From Syntrophorhabdaceae bacterium (GTDB lineage Bacteria > Desulfobacterota > Syntrophorhabdia > Syntrophorhabdales > Syntrophorhabdaceae): DNA of 64,000 nt. A program made the position numbers and the translations under genes. The notes below the pieces were generated by a model that was not told the DNA's origin, made no database searches, and worked only from the letters and a program-made list of their open reading frames with translations. The stretch is taken from the NCBI GenBank assembly GCA_963665295.1, contig OY762209.1, positions 4,320,001-4,384,000 of the forward strand, written 5' to 3'. Position 1 is the stretch's first letter; the number at the start of each line of letters is the position of its first letter. Below are positions 59,560 through 64,000 of the stretch, piece by piece.

Positions 59560-60309
59560 ATGAACCGGGAACTGATCATCCATTCCCTGACAGGGGCCAG
59601 GAAATATCTCTTCAAAGCCCTCGCAGTCGTTGCCCTATCAACCATCGTGAGTTTCCTTTTCTCCAAAGACCTCATTCGTCTTCTCCTCAAAAGTGTGAAC
59701 ATTCAGATATACTATCTGAGTTTTCCCGAAGTCTTTCTCGCCTCTGTTGAGCTTTCAATGTACGCAGGGGTATTTTTTGCCTTTCCCCTTCTTGTCTACC
59801 TGATCTGGCATGAATTTCGTGCGTCTACGCGCCTGACGTGGACCCAGGGGTGTGTATTTATGATCTTCGCGGTTCTCCTGTTCTATACGGGCAGCATATT
59901 CTGCTACCGCGTCGTGCTTCCTTCAGGTATTTCCTTCCTTCTCGGATATGGGACGGGTCACATAAAAGCAATGATATCGGTCCAGAGATTCGTCGTCTTT
60001 TGCTCGGCTATGATATTTGCCTTTGGCATCACTTTTGAGGTACCTATAGTCCTCCTCATCTTAAGCAAGGTGGGGATACTGAAGTCAGGGACCCTTGTAC
60101 GCACAAGAAGGTATGCGATCCTCATTATTACTATCGCCTCGGCATTGATCACGCCCACCCCCGATGTTTACAACATGATGCTTTTGGCAGTCCCCACATA
60201 CATTCTTTTCGAAATAGGCATACTTCTCATGAAGTTGAACGAGAAGAAGGCGGCTAAACTCAAAGAGGCACAAGACGAAGAACGGCCCGGCGGCGCGTTC
60301 CCGGGCTAG
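59560..60309 (+). CDS. tatC: Twin-arginine translocase subunit TatC (divergent N-terminus)
   Basis: Six TM helices; FG..FE.P, RRYAI, ITPTPD. Confidence 0.85.
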   Translation: MNRELIIHSLTGARKYLFKALAVVALSTIVSFLFSKDLIRLLLKSVNIQIYYLSFPEVFLASVELSMYAGVFFAFPLLVYLIWHEFRASTRLTWTQGCVFMIFAVLLFYTGSIFCYRVVLPSGISFLLGYGTGHIKAMISVQRFVVFCSAMIFAFGITFEVPIVLLILSKVGILKSGTLVRTRRYAILIITIASALITPTPDVYNMMLLAVPTYILFEIGILLMKLNEKKAAKLKEAQDEERPGGAFPG

Positions 60310-60375
60310 TTATTTCCCCTTTCCTTCACCGGAATTCAAATCTTGTATTGACCTGGCTTTTGTAATCTATATAGA

Positions 60376-60960
60376 ATGTACGTCGTGGATGATTATCTCG
60401 CTCAATACGGTTACATCGCCATCGTGGTAGGCACCTTTCTTGAAGGTGAGACAACGGTTCTCCTCGGAGGTATATTCTCGAAGCTCAACTACATGAGACT
60501 CGACCGGGTCATGCTCTGGGCCTTTACGGGAACCATTCTCGGCGACACCACCTTCTTTTTTCTCGGAAAGTACCTGGGCAGGAACGTCATCGAGCGGTAT
60601 GCGTTCCTTCGGTCCAGGATTCCCATGGCCAGACGGATCATAAAACGATACGGAAATTTCATCATATTTCTCGCTCGATTCTTCGTGGGCGTGAGAGGTA
60701 TCATCTTCCTGCTTCTGGGATTGATGGATTTGAAGAAGCGCACCTTCTTCCTTTACTGCACCTTGAGCGCTCTTTTCTGGAGTATCGCGGTTTCTCTCAT
60801 CGGCTACCTGTTCGGCGAGGTCGTTTATATCTTTGCCCACGATGTCCGGAAATACGAGTTCTACATCATTCCGGCGGTTCTCGCCGGCGTTCTCGTGCTT
60901 ATTTTCCTTTACAGGCACATAATGAGAGAAAAGGAGGAGGAATCCTATGGAAATGAATGA
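60376..60960 (+). CDS. DedA-family membrane protein
   Basis: GTFLEGE, GD...F.LG, ARFFVGVR. Confidence 0.88.
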   Translation: MYVVDDYLAQYGYIAIVVGTFLEGETTVLLGGIFSKLNYMRLDRVMLWAFTGTILGDTTFFFLGKYLGRNVIERYAFLRSRIPMARRIIKRYGNFIIFLARFFVGVRGIIFLLLGLMDLKKRTFFLYCTLSALFWSIAVSLIGYLFGEVVYIFAHDVRKYEFYIIPAVLAGVLVLIFLYRHIMREKEEESYGNE

Positions 60961-61171
60961 AAAGATGGCGAGAGAGCTTAAGCGGAAATTTGAAATAGAG
61001 CAGAGCAAGCACGAAGCTGAGGTCCTCGATCACTGGAGGGCTGAACTCGACATCATATATAAAAAGAGATATGAGAGTCTTGCATCCCTTCAGGTCGATA
61101 TGAAGCAACTCATGGAGAAGATGAACAATCGAATAGTCATGCTCCGACGTCAGGTAAAGGAATCGGGCTAG
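60947..61171 (+). CDS. Small coiled-coil hypothetical protein
   Basis: SD GGAGGAGG; charged helical sequence. Confidence 0.7.
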   Translation: MEMNEKMARELKRKFEIEQSKHEAEVLDHWRAELDIIYKKRYESLASLQVDMKQLMEKMNNRIVMLRRQVKESG

Positions 61172-61240
61172 CCGAAGCGCGACCGGCCGCGGTCAATCCT
61201 GGTTCCATATACTGATTGAGGATGAATAAAGGCGCACACT

Positions 61241-62305
61241 ATGATGCAAAGTAAGTCTTTCACGGTATATCGCTTTTGGCGACCCCTATGCCATATCGTC
61301 CGGAATATGCTCCTAACCGCGACATGCATCCTGGCCGTATTCCTTCTCATCTACCCCATCGCGGCGGATGCCCAGGCCCCTCAGAAGAAGAATACGTCAC
61401 CTGACAAAAGGTTGTCCGACCTTGAAAAAGAGGTCTCCCGCATACGAGGAGAGACCGATGTCTTCACTACCGACTATCTCACCGAATCCCTTAGCCTCTG
61501 CGATAAGAAAATACCCCTTTCGAGGGACGATGTGAGGGAAAGGTTCGAGCGTGAATTTTTCCAACTCCTCGAGAATAAGGGACTCCTCACCATCCTTGTG
61601 AAGCGCTATCTGAAGTATTTCAGCATGATCAACAACGAGACGCAGAAAGCGGGTGTGCCCGCTGATCTCATCTACCTCGTGATCACCGAATCCTACCTCA
61701 ATCCCCGCGCCGTGTCCAAGGCAAATGCCGCCGGATTATGGCAGTTCATCAAGGAAACCGGCAAGAGAGAGGGCCTCACCATTACGGACCATGTCGACGA
61801 AAGATACAACATGAAGAAGGCCACCCGTTCGGCCCTCACGCACCTGAAACGGCTTAATGCCGAGTTTGGGGATTGGCTCATAGTCATGGCAGCCTACAAC
61901 GCCGGCGCAGGAAGGCTCAGGGAGGCCACTGAAAACCAGGGCACCACCGATTTCTTTGAACTTTTCCTGCCCGAGGAAACCGAGCGATACATCTTCAGGA
62001 TCGCCGCGATCAAGGAGATAATCATGGACAGGGAACGGTTCGGGATCTACGTGGATGAGAAGACCCTTTACAAACCCGTCCTTCTGTCAGAGATACACCT
62101 CGAGATTGAGCAGGAGACACATGTTCTCACCTTCGCCAAGTGTATGGACGTCCCTTACCGCACCTTCAGGACCATGAATCTCCACCTAAGAAAATACAGG
62201 ATCCCCAAAGGATTCTACACTATCAACGTGCCTTACGAAAAAAAGGAGATCTTCCTGAAGCGAATTAAGAACTACCCCCAGATCCGGTTTATCAAGGAGG
62301 GATGA
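61241..62305 (+). CDS. Lytic transglycosylase (MltD-like SLT domain)
   Basis: ITES, AAGLWQF, AAYNAG, ETERY. Confidence 0.88.
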   Translation: MMQSKSFTVYRFWRPLCHIVRNMLLTATCILAVFLLIYPIAADAQAPQKKNTSPDKRLSDLEKEVSRIRGETDVFTTDYLTESLSLCDKKIPLSRDDVRERFEREFFQLLENKGLLTILVKRYLKYFSMINNETQKAGVPADLIYLVITESYLNPRAVSKANAAGLWQFIKETGKREGLTITDHVDERYNMKKATRSALTHLKRLNAEFGDWLIVMAAYNAGAGRLREATENQGTTDFFELFLPEETERYIFRIAAIKEIIMDRERFGIYVDEKTLYKPVLLSEIHLEIEQETHVLTFAKCMDVPYRTFRTMNLHLRKYRIPKGFYTINVPYEKKEIFLKRIKNYPQIRFIKEG

Positions 62306-62980
62306 CTACCGTCCCGTACCTATCTTCATAAGGAGCCGATCCGGCCGAACACCGCACATCCTCACGAGAGCGCGTCACCACCCCCTTCGCACGATACCTC
62401 TTTACTCCGGCCCTTTTTGTGACACACAATCCCGCCTCCCTCCCCGTCTCCCCGGAAGGCTGCCGGAGAAAGAAGAGGAACGAAAGTTATTTACTGCTCC
62501 GCTATGATTATTGTGCTGCCGGGACTCCCAGTTCAATGAACAGCGTAACTGCGGTGGATCTCCTCCCCATGTGAGGCCTGCGAAATCTGAGAATGTTTGC
62601 TTCTCCTACAGGCCCTCAGGTAGCCGGCCCAGTCAAACCTCTCTCCAACACTAAGCCACCTACCCTGCCCATCCCGGTCCGAACCCTGCCCGCGCGCTGG
62701 ACGCCACTCCCCGGACTCAGGCCGAGATACATGAACCTCCGTCGATCAGGCCCCTCTTCTCGCCAGGTGCCTTAATGCATGCCGCTCGAAACCCGCAACA
62801 AACAGACGCCATGGATTCGGCAGCCCACGCCACTTCCACCACTGCGCAAGGCTGCGCACCAACTCCATCCCCGAGGATAGTCAAGGCCGCAACGATTCCC
62901 GTAGTTCCGCATCTGTGAGCCTTGGACATGCCGAGCCGAACCCCATCCTCAGAGACGCTGACAGGCCCTTGTTTCCAGGA

Positions 62981-64000
62981 CTAGAGCGACGCTTTGAATA
63001 CCCCGAAAAGGCCCTTTGGCAGGATGCCCATGTAGAGTATCAGCAGGACGAATACATAGCACATTGACTTCTGAAAAAGAGTAAGACGGATAGGCTGAAT
63101 CTCGTTGGTGACTTCCTTTGAGTAACTCATCCGCACGAGGTTCAGATAGTAAAAAATCGAGATTACCGTGTTCACCGCGCCTATAATCACAAGCGTCAGA
63201 TGACCCTGTTTGAAGGCATTGGTAAAGAGAAAAAGCTTTCCTGTAAAGCCGCCTGTCGGAGGAATGCCTGCGAGGGAAAAAGCAGCTACGGCAAGGGTCA
63301 GGGCCAGGACCGGCGCCCTTCTGGAGAGGCCTGCCAGGTCATCAAGCACTACATTCTCGCCCCTGGTGGAAATCAGCACGATTACATAGAGGCACGCCAG
63401 ATTCATAAGCATGTAAATCGCAATGTAATAAACCGCAGACGCACTTCCATCCTTAGTAAGCGAGAGAATACCCATCAGCAGATACCCCGCATGGGCAATA
63501 CCGGAATAGGCCAGCAGCCTTTTGACATCCTTCTGTACCAGACCGACAATGTTCCCGAAGGTCATGGAGAGCGCCGCCAGCACGATAAGTATATTGACGA
63601 ACTGAGCGGAAAAGGAGGGAGCGAGCATGGTAAATCTTATGAGCAGAGCAGCTCCCGCAAGCTTCGGTATGGTCGCGATAAAACTGGTGGTAACGTTTGA
63701 AGCTCCTTCATAAATATCGGGGGCCCAGAAATGGAAGGGGAAGAGCGACAGCTTGAAGAAGAACCCCGAGAGCGTGAGCGTGAGCGCAAGGATACCGAAG
63801 GGGTGGTCGAGAAATAGCGGCAGCACGCGGACGATATCAGCAAGGTATGTGGACTGGCAGATAGCGTAGATGTAGCTCATGCCATAGAGCATGACCCCCG
63901 TCGAGATTGCGCCAAAAAACAAATACTTCACCGCCGCCTCCCACTGCACCTTCGTTTGCCCCTTCCGCAACGGAACCATCACGTACAGGCTGTACGAAGA
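62981..64000 (-). CDS. nuoN: NADH:quinone oxidoreductase subunit N-like antiporter subunit (5' part outside the window)
   Basis: EAAVKYL, FKLSLFPFHFWAPDIYEGA, KRLLAYSGIAHAGY, SLAGIPP. Confidence 0.88.
   Translation of the reverse strand, partial: SSYSLYVMVPLRKGQTKVQWEAAVKYLFFGAISTGVMLYGMSYIYAICQSTYLADIVRVLPLFLDHPFGILALTLTLSGFFFKLSLFPFHFWAPDIYEGASNVTTSFIATIPKLAGAALLIRFTMLAPSFSAQFVNILIVLAALSMTFGNIVGLVQKDVKRLLAYSGIAHAGYLLMGILSLTKDGSASAVYYIAIYMLMNLACLYVIVLISTRGENVVLDDLAGLSRRAPVLALTLAVAAFSLAGIPPTGGFTGKLFLFTNAFKQGHLTLVIIGAVNTVISIFYYLNLVRMSYSKEVTNEIQPIRLTLFQKSMCYVFVLLILYMGILPKGLFGVFKASL

Overview
Bacterial chromosomal segment, mostly housekeeping. Gene content and protein style suggest an anaerobic Desulfobacterota (deltaproteobacterium), possibly a syntroph; this is inference. 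From left to right: (1) a GntR-led LIV-type ABC/cysteine-hydrolase operon; (2) thiL-yhaM-rsmE-RDD-hyp-dprA-topA-trmFO-bioB; (3) pilC and a RR/HK/degP operon; (4) a membrane spermidine-synthase-like gene and tRNA-Gly; (5) an accessory acyl-CoA ligase/SatP-like channel/acyl-CoA dehydrogenase/Cache module, with a sigma-54 promoter and a divergent PAS kinase plus NtrC-type activator; (6) tRNA-Gln and a continuous str-S10-spc-alpha ribosomal superoperon on the minus strand; (7) an OFA-type MFS transporter, a methyltransferase and acs; (8) a complete IS1380-family element with a 4-bp target duplication; (9) tatA, sua5, ftsY, tatC, dedA, a lytic transglycosylase and a partial nuoN. The main oddities are these. 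rplC (L3) is cleanly absent between rpsJ and rplD, and adk is absent. rpsC carries a 1-nt frameshift. The str-operon EF-G is divergent. A phased DnaA-box/IHF-like cluster at about 57.1-57.36 kb is an oriC candidate with no dnaA in the window. Several genes appear leaderless. I found no CRISPR array, prophage or defence system, and I cannot claim a definitely new system. The best candidates for follow-up are the sigma-54 carboxylate module, the L3-less superoperon and the orphan origin-like region.
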